NCBI RefSeq assembly: GCF_006345805.1
Contig: NC_042997.1
Span: forward strand, 111,290,001-111,354,000
From: Octopus sinensis
Lineage: Eukaryota
Direction of reading: 5' to 3'
DNA: 64,000 nt
Under the pieces are notes generated by a model, which saw nothing but the letters and a program-made list of their open reading frames with translations, was not told where the DNA came from and made no database searches. Position 1 is the first letter of the stretch. Every line of letters starts with the position of its first letter. The translations under genes and the position numbers were made by a program. Positions 12,331 through 25,211 of this stretch are shown one piece after another.

Positions 12331-12959
12331 CAGATTTAAGACCACTTGGTGTATTGACATTTATTAACTGGAAAAAGATACTCGCGCTGGATGGGTCAAT
12401 GGTTAACACTCAATGAACAAGTGAAAAACAGTGAACATTGCGAATGGTTGACAATTGCTGAATAAGTGAACAGTGAGTAACCCTGAACACTGACTGGTTA
12501 ACAATCAGCAAATAAATGTAGAACAATGAACAATGTGGATGGTTAACAATCAGCAAACGAGTGGTGTAAGTTGAATATATTCAATATAATATGATCTAGT
12601 TTCCTGTGTTTGGCAATAATATTAACGGAGATGTCTATTTTGGTGAGAACCATTTTTAGAAAATGAACCAAATATTTTCAAGACAAAGAGACAAACAGAT
12701 CAATAATATCCCAATTTAGAAGATTAACTTTAGATCGTCTCAGACTGAATTTTTCAACAAAGGAATTACATAATTGTCAGGTGAAACAATTAGAATCTTC
12801 AGGTAAAGAAAAATAAAGAAAAAAGAAGAAAGGTCTCAAATATCGTCTGATTGGCAAAATGTCAGTATGAGAACAACAACAACAACAATTTCATTGTTAT
12901 GGAGCATTAAAGATAAAGTCTCGTTGGTCTTGGAGAGAATTATACAAGTCTAAGTTAGT

Positions 12960-13385
12960 CTACTTCACCATCCCCCTCCTCCTTCTCCTCATTATCATTC
13001 TCTTTCACATTAGCACAATCATAAACACCATCTTCATCATCATTATCATCAACACCACCATCACCTTCATCATCATTAGCAGCACTACTACCACCACCAC
13101 TACCACTACCGCCACCACCACCACTATCATGATTGTCATCATCATCACCACCATCACCATCATCATTAGCAGCAGTAGCAGTAGCAGCAGTAGCAGTAGC
13201 AGCACTACCACCACCACTACTATCATGATCGTCATCATCATCACCACCACCACCATCGTTGTTGTTGTTACGATCGTTATCATCGTCATTGTCGTTATCC
13301 ACCATCATAATCATCATCATTCTTATCCTCGTCCTCATCCTTATCATTGGCATCATCGCTGTCGTGATCACCATCATCGTCAGAC
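12960..13385. repeat. Compound trinucleotide repeat (CAT/CAC/CAG/TAG) with an internal ~90-bp duplication
   Basis: Direct reading. Confidence 0.9.
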
Positions 13386-13419
13386 CATTTTCATTACAGA
13401 AACCACCATTGATTCTTCT

Positions 13420-13625
13420 TTTCTACTGTAGGCACAAGGCCCGAAATTTTGGGGGAGGAGGCCAGTCAATTAGATCGACCCCAGTACACAACTGGTACTT
13501 AATTTATCGACCCCAAAAGGATGAAAGGCAAAGTTGACCTTGGCGGAATTTGAACTCAGAATATAAAAACAGACGAAATATTGCTAAGCATTTCATCCGG
13601 TGTGCTAACGATTCTGCCAGCTCAC
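13420..13625 (-). mobile_element. SINE family B
   Basis: Reverse-complement match to 14978-15196. Confidence 0.85.
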
Positions 13626-13812
13626 CGCCGTGAGGCCACCATCAGTTATTATTATAATCCTCTTCTTGCCATTGTTGTTGTTGTTGCTTAGTGCCAGGTC
13701 AGTCCTGATCCAGTAGACCAAAAGTCAAATGAAATCTACCCATGATGATCTTTCATTCTTCAAAGATAATCCCACCCCAGATATTTCGTATCCAGGACTC
13801 CAAAACCCAATC

Positions 13813-14030
13813 ATCATCATCATCATCGTTTAACGTCCACTTTCCATGCTAGCATGGGTTGGACGGTTCAAAAGGGGTCTGGGAAGCCAGGAGGCTGCAC
13901 CAGGCTCCAATCTGATCTGGCAGTGTTTCTACAGCTTGATGCCCTTCCTAATCCCAACCACTGCGTGAGTGTAGTGGGTGCTTTTTACGTGCCAGGTGAG
14001 GCTGGCAACACCCACGTACGGTTGGTGTGA
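13813..14030 (-). mobile_element. Family C LINE 3' end
   Basis: (CAT)n-CGTTTAACGTCCACTTTCCATGCTAGCATGGG.. Confidence 0.8.
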
Positions 14031-14309
14031 TCCCAATGTGTCTTAATATTCAAAACAACAGGATGTAATTTGAGGAAAATTTCACTTCAAAGCTGTTTTC
14101 GTTGAAGCCAACTTTGATGTTCATCTCACTCCAGAGTCGATAAAATGAAGTATCAGACAAGTAGTGGGGTCGATACAATCAAATTACCACCTCACCCCAC
14201 CCATCCCCCAAATACCTGTCCTTGTGCCAATTTTAGAACCAATTATTATCATTTCCATTTCGATTCTCAGAGCTCTTGATTTCACTTGCTCTGGTTAATT
14301 CTGTAAGAG

Positions 14310-14735
14310 CAGACATCATCATCATTGTTCGGGTGTGGTCGAGACAATGGAATTTATTATGTTACACCAGACTTCACAGTCCATCATAGCATTACGGAGG
14401 TCTTGTTGTTGGATGCCTGTATCCCTGGAGATTACATCAGGGTAGGAGAGTGCACGCCCTCTGGTATCGTGAGCAGATGGCTTCCAGAGGAGAAGAGTAG
14501 AAATGACCTCGTTTTCAGTTCTACAACAATGTCCAGCAAACTGGACTCTTCTACCTTTCAAACTGGACTCTTCTACCTTGGATGACGCTTCTACAAGAGA
14601 TTTTGAGCTCTCATAAGAAGGCGAGTGTAAGTTCCATCCAACAGCCTCTCAAGCTTCTTTGATAACAACCTGTTGTCAAACACCTCATGGGGTCTCTTTC
14701 AACAAAATTTAATACCTAAGCTCTAACCTCAAAAT
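14310..14735 (-). mobile_element. RTE-clade LINE 3' remnant
   Basis: LSKKLERLLDGTYTRLLMRAQNL..KGRRVQFAGHCCR..LLLWKP..YPDVISRDTG..MMD..VW followed by a (GAT)n tail. Confidence 0.8.
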
Positions 14736-14774
14736 CACCCATGTCCCTAATAGAATACTTTTCTGTTCTACTCT

Positions 14775-14965
14775 CATCTCAAGCACAATTTATTTCTCTA
14801 GCAAATTTCTCAAACCTGGTTCTTAATGCTCCCAGTTTCCTTACAACTATCCGGATGACAGTTTCTTTCTCAACTGCCCACGTCCATGCAATCTCATCTT
14901 TTGGTGGTTTGTACTTTTCAAGTTTTTCCTCCTCTTTGTCCCCCACTCGTGTGTTCCAAGGTATG
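14775..14965 (-). mobile_element. R4/Dong-type restriction-like endonuclease (RLE) C-terminal remnant
   Basis: NTRVGDKEEEKLEKYKPPKDEIAWTWAVEKETVIRIVVRKLGAL matches the KE.EK..KY..L..EI..W....V.PIVVGALG pattern. Confidence 0.7.
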
Positions 14966-14977
14966 GTAATATATGTG

Positions 14978-15196
14978 GAAGGCGGCGAGCTGGCAGAAAC
15001 ATTAGCATACCGGGCAAAATGCTTAGCGGTATTTCGTCTGTCTTTACGTTCTGAGTTCAAATTCCGCTGAGGTCGACTTTATCTTTCATCTTTTCGGGGT
15101 CGATAAATTAAGTACCAGTTGCGTACTGGGGTCAATCTAATTGACTGGCCCCCTCCCCCCAAAAATTTCGGGCCTTGTGCCTGGAGTAGAAAAGAA
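14978..15196 (+). mobile_element. SINE family B, well-preserved copy
   Basis: tRNA-like head with B box, GTCGATAAATTAAGTACCAG..GGGGTC core, tail CCTGGAGTAGAAAAG. Confidence 0.9.
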
Positions 15197-15509
15197 TATA
15201 TGTGATCTTGATTTTCTTCATCATTTTATCCACTGCAACGATGTCTGGTCTCCGAGCACCAATTACTGAATCTCACAGGATTGTAAAATCCTAAAAGATG
15301 CTATACTCATTATTCTCGGTGATGCCATTTCGCTTATGGTCGTACTATTTCGGTTTTCTTTCAAGGCCGTACTTCTCACACAATCACCAGTGTAAAAACT
15401 TAGCCAGCTGCTCTTGCACTGTTTGTTTATTTTGTCCTTGATAATCATGTCTGGTCTTCTTGGCATTGTCATCATCAGTAATGTGAGCGATTGAATCAAA
15501 TCGTTTGTA

Positions 15510-15895
15510 TAGGCGTAGGCTTGGCTGTGTGGTAAGAAGTTTGCTTCCCAACCATATGGTTCCGGGTTCAGTCCCATGCCAAGTATCTCTTACTATAGCC
15601 TCAGGCCGACCAAGGCCACCCTGTGAGTGAATTTGTTAGAGGAAAACTGAAAGAAGCCCGTCATATTTGTGTGCGTACGTGTATGAGCGTGCGTGTGACT
15701 TTGTGTCAGTGTTTCTCCACCACCACCACCACCACCACTTGACAGCAGGTGTCACTGTGTTCCCTGTTCAGTAAAAGGCACTGATGGAATAAGAGCCAGG
15801 CGTTAAAGACCTTCTATCGTATATTTGTTCGACTAAAACCCTTTAAGGCGGTGCCCCAGCATGGCCGCAGTCGGATGACCAAAACAAGATAAAGA
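15510..15895 (+). mobile_element. SINE family A, decayed full copy
   Basis: A/B boxes, spacer, 3' module. Confidence 0.8.
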
Positions 15896-15899
15896 AAAA

Positions 15900-16033
15900 C
15901 CGGAAGAAGAAGAAGAAAAAGAAGAAGAAGAAGAAGAAGAAGAAGAAGGAGGAGGAGGAGGAGGAGGAGGAGAAGAAGAAGAAGAAGAAGAAGAAGAGAA
16001 GAAGAAGAAGAAGAAAAAGAAGAAGAAGAAGAA
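15900..16033. repeat. (GAA/GGA)n trinucleotide repeat
   Basis: Direct reading. Confidence 0.95.
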
Positions 16034-17347
16034 TCCCTTAATTAACTTGATTAACCTTTAATGAATGGTGACGTTAATCGCCAATATTTTCTATGTCTTT
16101 CCACTCGAAGCGTTTATTGATATTGTAAATGATATTCAGCGATAGCAAAGACCTATGTTATTGACATTGTAAACATTCGATATAACGAAACTATTTAATC
16201 CATTGATTAAGGAGACACAAATGAATCGCTTAACACACGTCTAGCATTTCATTGGATCACGGCTCAAAGAATGAAGAGAGATAACAGCGCTCCTGTTTTG
16301 TTGACTTTCTCTCTCTTCCCTTTCAACCGAATCTTCTTTTCTCTTTTCATTTTGTCGTACAAACTGAATAATTTATTTGAATTGGAGGGAAAATTTGTCA
16401 ATACCGATTTCCCTTCAACGTCCTTTTGTCACCGACAGGAAGTCGAAGAAGCTTCCATTTTTATTTACCCTCAAAGCTTCTAGTTTAGGTGTTACGTATA
16501 TTATTTATTCTACATATATTTATATTTATATATTTATCACAAACATCCATTTATTCAGCTAACATCTTGTTGACAAGTTTTCATTCGATGCAAATCTCTT
16601 TTACATATATTTCACAACATTTCAAATCCGCTGAGTATTTTTGTAATATACAACGTGCCTTTGCTTTTTTTTTCACCTATACAATCCCAATATCACGCTT
16701 TCTGTCGCCTGTTGTTTCTTTTATTCCCTCATTTCTACAATATATTTATATTTTCAATGGTGACACATGATATTTTCTGTTTATACAAACAAATTTGCAC
16801 AATATAAGATGAAGTTGATTTATCGATTATTTTTTTACTTCCTTTTGTCAAACCTGTTGCATAGTTCACGTGATATACTTGATGGATGACTCGAGGGTGG
16901 CAGACGATAAACGTCACTTGTTATAATGTGCTACGTAACAATTCTTAAGATTTTATTTTAAATAAACTTGGTAAAATATTTCTGAAAGGGACACATTACA
17001 GTCTGCTGAAAGACATCGTGTTTAATTCAAAGGCAGGAAACGTCTTACATTGGTCGAGAGTAAATATCTTCCTCTTTAAACCTCGCAGAAATTTGGTTTC
17101 TTTGCAAAATCAGTTTTCTTTTTAATTAAATTAAGTAAATTCTTTTATTCCAGACAAGGAGAACCAGATATTATCATGATCTCCTTGCGATTACACATAG
17201 CACCTAATTTTCTCTTCAAAGTCACAAGTCTGTAAAAGTTCAATGATGCGATTCAGACCGTCTCTTCGCCTGAAATGTCATTGTCCACCTCTATAAGGGT
17301 TAAACACCTAAAATTGTGTGCTATTTCCCTTTGTCATTTATCTATTA

Positions 17348-17744
17348 TCTTTTACTTGTTTCAGTCATTTGACTGCGGCCATGCTGGAGCACTGCCTTGA
17401 AGAACTTTTAGTCGACTGAATCGACTCCCGTGTTTATTTTTTTAAAAACCTGGTACTTATTCTATCGGGTTTCTTTTGCCGAACCGCTAAATTACGAGGA
17501 CATAAACATACCAAGACAGACACACACATATATATATATAATTAAAATTCAGAAAATGGAGATGTAGCATTAATATAATTTCTTAACTGCAATAATTCAA
17601 CGTATTTTCTTACAGCTGTTTCGATTTCGCACAAAGGTTAAATTCCAGTAATCAAATCATTGTATTAGGCAAAATCTCATCAGAGGAGTAGAATAACACA
17701 TGCCATTAGGTTATCAGATGTTATGTTTCCAGATTATCTCAACA

Positions 17745-17810
<66 letters not shown>

Positions 17811-17813
17811 TCC

Positions 17814-17845
<32 letters not shown>

Positions 17846-18180
17846 CCGTATCAAGACAATTACTACCCACCCCAGGAACATCCCCCCCCAGGACAATTTC
17901 CCCGACGATAACTAACCCCAGGACAATTCCCCCTTGGTTAATTACCCCCTCTCTAATATACTAAGAAGTTTTAAATCATCATCTGTTGTCCTGGGGAGGA
18001 TGTCCTAGACTCATATATACAACAGGCTTCTTTCAGCTTCCGTCTACTAAATCCACTCACGAGTTTTTTCTCGGCTCGAGGCTACAGTAGAAGATACTTG
18101 ACGAAGATGCTACGCAGTGAGACTGAACGCAGAACCATGTAGTTGGGCAGCAACCTTCTTACCACACAGCCACGCCTGTG
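17348..18180 (-). mobile_element. SINE family A split by ~500 bp of inserted material (3' half 17348-17515, 5' half 18020-18180)
   Basis: Both halves are in the same orientation, separated by microsatellites, a hammerhead motif and a GGACAATT-repeat MITE fragment (17845-18012). Confidence 0.7.
17603..17692 (-). ncRNA. Type I hammerhead ribozyme motif, intact core
   Basis: CUGAUGA (17683-17677); 8-bp stem II GAUUUUGC/GCGAAAUC with a 38-nt loop; GAAA; palindromic stem III ACAGCUGU; GUA cleavage triplet (17613-17611). Stem I is weak. Confidence 0.7.
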
Positions 18181-18427
18181 CCTCATGTTTACCATTTCTC
18201 TGCAACGAAAGCAGCTTCCAATTCTTTACTCTTGGTAGCTATAAACATTAAGATAAACTATTCAGTCTGCTAGACATACAGAACATCTCTCATCCCTCAC
18301 TCCAATGATAATGTCATTCAAAATTTCCCCTTTTTCTCTTGAGAGTTGCGTCAGGGAAGATGTTGAGATTCCACAATCGTCAGAGATCAACTAAACACTG
18401 TGTAAAACCTCATTTATTTGTTTGTCC

Positions 18428-18682
18428 CCACATAAAAGTAAATGTTGTGTTAAAGTACAAAATACTGCGTTATTTACCATGGGAAAACCTCTTATATGGA
18501 CTTGTGGTGCATATAGGCACTCACATTTATATCACGAGTGGAAGATTAGTGTCTGCTACCACCCTCCCACTAGCGATATAAACACGAGTGCTTAAATGTA
18601 TCACAAATCCGCATGAGAGGTTCTCTCTAGGGTAATAACGCCGTATTCTCTGTTCTAACATAACATCCACTTTTAAGTGAGA
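18428..18682. repeat. Decayed foldback (palindromic MITE), ~110-bp arms
   Basis: 18433-18542 is an imperfect inverted repeat of 18567-18675. Confidence 0.75.
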
Positions 18683-19194
18683 GATAAATATTGCTTTTTG
18701 CTATTAAAACTGCTTCTGTCACTATTATTACTCATGTATTTGTTTGGGTCAAGTACAATGCTACGTTAAATCACTTGTTCAAACTACTTCCCTACATTTA
18801 TATCTTATCACACACCGTTAGAGGATTCTTCGATCAAGGAAGATGCATTAAACTTTTAAATCTTCTCCCTCGATGTTTTCAGTTGACTCTAAATATGACG
18901 AATATGAAATCTGTATTGGCCAATGGCAACGAAACCTGAATGGCAGCTACCTCACACTATTTATTATCACCTAACTTAACTACATGTTATGGTTGGTTGA
19001 CGTCCTTTGTGACATAAACTGGTGGTCTTGTCCATGTATATCAGTGGTTCCCAAATTTTTTCAGGCTGCCGCCCCCTTGGTTTTGAGGCCACATTCTTGT
19101 TGCCCTCACCCCACTCACCATCACAGGCATAGATCATTTTCAGCAGCAAATTCAAAACAACAGTATTTCACAAATAAAACTTAACCTAAGTATG

Positions 19195-19360
19195 CACGGG
19201 GGTGGCTGTGTGGTAAATAGCTTCCTTACCAACCACATGGTTCTGGGTTCAGTCCCACTGCATGGCACCATGAGTAAGTGTTTTCTACTATAGCCTCAGG
19301 CTGACCAAAGCCTTGTGAATAGATTTGGTAGACAGAAACTGAAAGAAGCTCATCGTATAC

Positions 19361-19454
<94 letters not shown>

Positions 19455-19834
19455 AAAATGGGACAAGAACGCAAGACATCGAGGTAGACGATGCATTAGA
19501 TTCCTTGGAAGAATGCAGTGAATGTATACGAAAATAAGGACGGAAAAAAAGGAGAAATGTTACACAAATACAAATGCAATCAACAGGAAATAACAACAGG
19601 TGTCTTTCAACTAAGTACGATTTAAATTAAGCTGGCGTGAGTGCAAGTAAACCCTTACTATATCTATATATAGGGGCAGGTGTGGCTGTGTGGTAAGTAG
19701 CTTTCTTACCAACCACATGATTCTGGGTTCAGTCCCACTGCGTGACACCTTGAGCAAGTGTCTTCTACAATAGCCTCGGACCAACCAAAGCCTTTTGAGT
19801 GGATTTGGTAGGTAGAAACTGAAAGAAGCCCTTC

Positions 19835-19913
<79 letters not shown>

Positions 19914-20220
19914 TCGGTAAAATTTAGATTCAGTTGAATATGGTACTTAAGTTAAAGGCACCAGAATTTAGTATGGTATTATCCATATAATTCAAAATGG
20001 GTTTGATATATATATATATAAATATATTTATGTATGTGCGTCTGTGTTTGTCTCCCCAACATCACTTGACAACCAACGCTGGTGTGTTTACATCCCATAA
20101 CTTAGCAGTCCGGCAAAAGACACTGATAGAATAAGTACTATGTTGGGGTCGGTTTGGTCGACTAAAGGTGGTGCTCCAGCATGACCGCAGTCAAATGACT
20201 GAAACAAATTAAAAAAGGAA
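19195..20220 (+). mobile_element. SINE family A cluster: two 5' halves (19195-19355, 19675-19835) and one 3' half (20030-20220) with intervening (TA)n and other repeat fragments
   Basis: Direct alignment to the family A consensus. Confidence 0.8.
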
Positions 20221-20877
20221 TAAAAAAGAATTCCTTGAAAAATATTTTCAAGAATATTCAAGAGGTACAGGAAATAAATTTCAATTTATTTCCTGTACGT
20301 CCCCACCTCAAGAAGTGGATTGGTCTGACTTTTCTCAAGCATCCAGTGTATATCTAGAAAGTTGAAGATATTTTAAAGTTATGTCGTTAATAACAGAACG
20401 CTTCGGTGATTACCAATATTAGAATATCAGGTTCCAAAACATCTGCTAAAATGGTCGGCTGTGTTGTTTGTGGAACAAAGATTTTTGCCGCCATTGTTTA
20501 AGAATCTCACAGAAGGAATTACAAATTGGAATTATGCCGGCAACAAAGATACGCAAAACGAGGAAGAACGTGGAATCAAAGTAATTTACTATTTCTGCAA
20601 AACAATGGAATCGGAAAAGAGGACCAAGTTTATTATCCCTCTGTGAGTGATCAAGAAAAGAATGAATCAAGTGTGTGTGTGTGTGTGTGTATGTGTACGT
20701 ATGTGTGACAGAGCGTATGCACATGTATGTGTGTAAGTATATGTGTGTGTGAGCATGTATATATGTACAGTATAATAACCTACACTGTGTATGTGTATCT
20801 GTCTCTCTCTCTTGTTCTCTTTTTATATCTATCCGTGTTTGAATATGTATGAATTTATGCACTTCTTAATACATGTA

Positions 20878-21757
20878 CGAGGTTTGATCAATAAGTATCC
20901 GGACTGTTGCCATAGTAACGAAGCTAAAGCACGCAGTGTGAAACTACTTGGCAAAAATTCACCTTTGAACTCTGCTGTACATCTGAAGTTTAACGTTCTA
21001 GATTACTTCTGCTGTTTACAGCAGTGCTTGGAAGGAAGGTGTGTAGTGTGTGATCATCACATTATCCATGACGGAGAAAGTTGTCATAGCGATACCTATT
21101 CAGAGGCCTATGTAAAGTTGCGGAAAGTGTATGGAGAGGGGTGCATGAGCTGCACACAAGTGTATGAGTGTTTCAGACGTTTCCAAGATGGCCGAAAAAT
21201 GTCGATATTGACAAACCTTCTGGGAAACCTACAACCAGCAGAACTGAGAAAAACATTGCAGATGTGCGTGCAGCTGTGAGGGAAAATCGTCAAATCCCCA
21301 TCCGTGACTTATCAGAGGATGTGTAGATTAGTTACAGTTCAGTTCAGTCCATTATCACTGAAGATTTGGGTATGAGATGTGTGTCTGCCAAGTTTGTGCC
21401 AAAATCACATTCAGCTGACCAAAAAGATACTTGGGTTTCAGTTGTACAAGATCTCTTTGATTGTGTTGAGAATGATAAAAACTTTTTGAAATCTTTGCGT
21501 AGGCCTCTGAGCAGGTATCGCCAAGCTTTTGGCAAAATTTGATGCAGATTCTCTGCTCAGCTTCTGTCATAGTCAATGCGATGATCACACACTACACACC
21601 TTCCTTCCAAGTGCTTCTGTAAACAGCAGAAGTGAGCTAGAATGTTAAAACTTAGTGTGCATGCACAGTGGAGTTCAAGGTCAATCTGTGCCAAGCGGCT
21701 TCACTCTGCATGCTATACCATTGTTACTAAGTCTGGATACTCATTGATCAGATCACG
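20878..21757. mobile_element. Non-autonomous mariner made of two inverted 5' ends
   Basis: TA TSD, TIR CGAGGTTTGATCAATAAGTATCCGGACT. The + strand encodes AYVKLRKVYGEG..MRCVSAKFVPK; the - strand encodes MTEAEQRICIKFCQKLGDTCSEAYAK. Confidence 0.85.
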
Positions 21758-22439
21758 TATATCCTGCTGTGTATGTTTCTGTGTATGTTTATAAGTGTGT
21801 ACGTATATGTGTATCTGACTATGCATCTGTGAGAATGTGTATATAACCTGTATTTGTGTGTGTGTGTGTATGAGAGAGAGAGAGTGCACGTGTATCTATT
21901 CTCAGATTATTTGTAGTTTCAAAATGCCTTATTTTACAACTATGAGATGTATTGTTATTGTCACGATTTTATCTTACTGTAATCAACAACAAACACATTT
22001 TGTCAATATAAAAGTCTTTATTATATAAAAAGTAACATTATCAAAACATGAAGGTAAAACAAAAGGAATAGCGACTTATACACTGGAAAATACGGTAATT
22101 GTAGAGGCAGTGACAAGTTCACGCGCTGGTTGGTAGTCGATAGGGTATAAGGGAGGGAAAGAGTAAGGAATGCACGGTGCTGGCTAGAAAGGAAGAAAGG
22201 ATAAAGATTGCTCGCCATACAAATAGAACAGAGTGATGACATTTAGTAGAGATGATACAAAAGTTGTTCCTCTTCAATTGCTATCGCAAACAGCAGTAGC
22301 TTTCTTCAACTGAATACATGTCGTTGATTGGTTGAAATTAGCCAAATATGACAACTTTAACATGAAATAACTTCTAAAATATGGAATTTTGTCAAAAACG
22401 TTCAGAGTAAACTGTTCTGTGTGAGAAATTCTACCAGTG

Positions 22440-22941
22440 CCATAAATCCTCGAGTACAGTCCGCCCTTGAGTATAATACGCAGGGGATTTTTATGGGGCT
22501 GTACCTCTGAAAAGCCTAAACCTTGTGTATAATACGCACCCCTTTTCTAACTCGAGTCCAGGATGTCTATATAACATCCTTGGTTTGTAAAAATGTATAC
22601 GGTAACGTCCTTTATTACTATTGTACATGTAACATAATGCAAACATTGTCCATTTTGTTTGCAGAAAATAAAGAAATAACAGTAATAATGTTTAATAAAT
22701 GTTGCCTACTGCAAGTTATGGATAATTCTTTTATGATTTCATTGCTTTCAGGCTTAGCTTAAGATATTTTCGCGTCCGACATCACAAAATGCGTCTGAAT
22801 AAACATTGCCGGACAGCAAATATAGACTCGGACATTGCTTAGAAAATAACTTTCATTTTTAACCTTGTATATAGTACGCACTAGGGATTTTGACCTTTAA
22901 ATTTTGGATGAAAATTGAGGATTACACTCGAGGATTTACGG
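22440..22941 (+). mobile_element. pogo/Tigger-like MITE nested in a Merlin-like MITE remnant (22270-22995)
   Basis: TIR CCGTAAATCCTCGAGTA with TA flanks. Second copy inverted at 36122-36623. Confidence 0.8.
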
Positions 22942-23479
22942 TATTTGAAGTTTGAAGCTGTTTAGTTAAAAAAAATTAATTAAAACATCTGTGATTGAGA
23001 TGGAATAGATCCCAGTTGACTTAGGGTAATCTGGGGCAAACTCCTCCCCACCACAAAATTCCTAGATTACTCTGCCATCCGCAAGGCATGGGAAAGTGCC
23101 CTCTTTCAGTTTCTTTCCTCCTGCATAGAAAAGCATATTCAGGGTGGATCCATCCAGTCTCACCAGTCTTGCCACTGTCAACTACCTTTTGATAAACACA
23201 CTAGAAGGAATAATGTTGAATAGGAAACATATTAACAGGTGTGTGATGAGAAGCAGTCAGTATGAATGGGTTGAATGAGACGTCCCTGCCTCGTTTGGTT
23301 CAGAGAATACATACAGGTACACATGCACTGACTAATATTTCTGTCTGCAAGGAGTGTTTGTGAGTGTGCATAAATCCGGAGGAGAAGCACACTCTAAGAT
23401 GTAGAGCAGTTAATATTATTATAGTGGAGTTGGCCATGAACCGGCCTACCCCACTGAAATATATATATTGTCTTTTATT

Positions 23480-23678
23480 CTTTTACTTATTTCAGTCACT
23501 TGACTACAGCCATGCTGGAGCACAGCATTTAGTTGTACAAATCGACCCCAGGACTTATTCTTTGTAAGCCTAGTACTTATCCTATCAATCTCTTTTGCCA
23601 GGGATGTAAGCACACCAACATCGGTTGTCAAGCAATGGTGGGGGGCGGACAAACACAAACACACACGCAGACATATAC

Positions 23679-23734
<56 letters not shown>

Positions 23735-23895
23735 GATGGGCTTCTTTCAGTTTCCGTCTACCAAATCCACTTGCAAGGCTTTGGTTGGCCTGAGGCTATA
23801 GTAGAGGACCCTTGCCCAAGGTGTCACACAGTGGGACTGAACTTAGGACCATGGGGTTAGTAAGTAAGCTAGTTACCACACAGTCACTCCTGCAC
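23480..23895 (-). mobile_element. SINE family A, full copy
   Basis: Reverse-complement match of both halves around (TA)n. Confidence 0.85.
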
Positions 23896-24305
23896 CTATA
23901 TATGTATATATCTATATATATATATATGTATCATTATCTTCATCATCGTTTTACGTCCGCTTTCCATGCTAGCATGCGTTGGATGATTTGACTAAGGACT
24001 GGCTAACCAGATGGCTGCACCAGGCTCCAATCTGATCTGGCAGAGTTTATATATATATATGGGGGGAGGAGGATCACGGCTGGTATGCTTTTCAATGTTT
24101 ACCATCACCTGGTGTAATTCCACCACCTGGCAGATTGGGTGATTTTTAGTGAAGTCCTCATAGCAGCAGGCATTCACGCTGGGTTTCCAATTTACAGGTA
24201 TCTTCCTCGTCTGGTCTTGGAGGCTCAGGTAACACCAGCAGCTGAAGCTCTCTCTGTATATACATACATGTGTGTGTGTGTGTGTATGTATGTATATGTG
24301 TGTGC

Positions 24306-24388
<83 letters not shown>

Positions 24389-24689
24389 GTGTGTGTGTGT
24401 GTGTGTGTGTGTGTATAACAAAGTGGAGTTGTAAGACATGTATATACATATAGCTTTCATCCTGATGTCGTTGACTGCACTAACGGCAGCTGTACATATT
24501 TAGCTATGAGAGAGAGAAGAGGGAGAAAGAGAAGAAAGGTAAGAATGAGAGGTGGGTAATGAAAAATGGAAGAGAGAGCGTGTGTGTGTGTGGGGGGGGG
24601 GGGGGAATGAATGACTTCACAAAAGTACAGAAGCTGTTGTGTTCAGATTGTAACAGATGGGTGAATGGATGTAAGGGGTGCTGGTGGAG

Positions 24690-24716
24690 ATAGATAAATA
24701 GACAGGTAGGTAGATG

Positions 24717-24808
<92 letters not shown>

Positions 24809-24845
24809 TACAAACAGATAGATAGACAGACAGACAAATACATAG

Positions 24846-24877
<32 letters not shown>

Positions 24878-25040
24878 CGAGTAGTAAGAGAGATAGATAC
24901 ATAGAAAGATGGATAGACAGACAGACAGATAGATAGATAAATATATAGGCAGACAGATAGAGAGAGAGATAAATAGATAGACAGACAGATATATAGATAG
25001 ACTGACAGACAAATAGATAAATGGACAGATAGATAGATAG
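24690..25040. repeat. (GATA)n/(GA)n/(GACA)n compound microsatellite
   Basis: Direct reading. Confidence 0.95.
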
Positions 25041-25211
25041 AATCGTAACACTCCAACTGTAAAAGAGTATCACCTTATTACTGGTACATCCTTCTCTCTC
25101 TCTTTCTCCCCCCCTCTCTCCTTCCAGCTGTCAGATCTTCGATACTCCACTGGTTCAAGGATGTGAGGGCCAAGAGCGTGTCTGTCTCCACGCATCCACA
25201 TAGACACCTTT

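Noticed and set aside
12955-13377. 140-aa acidic D/G/N-rich ORF resembling a biomineralisation-type protein
   Set aside because: It lies wholly in a compound trinucleotide repeat that is open in several frames on both strands, with no signal peptide or exon boundaries.
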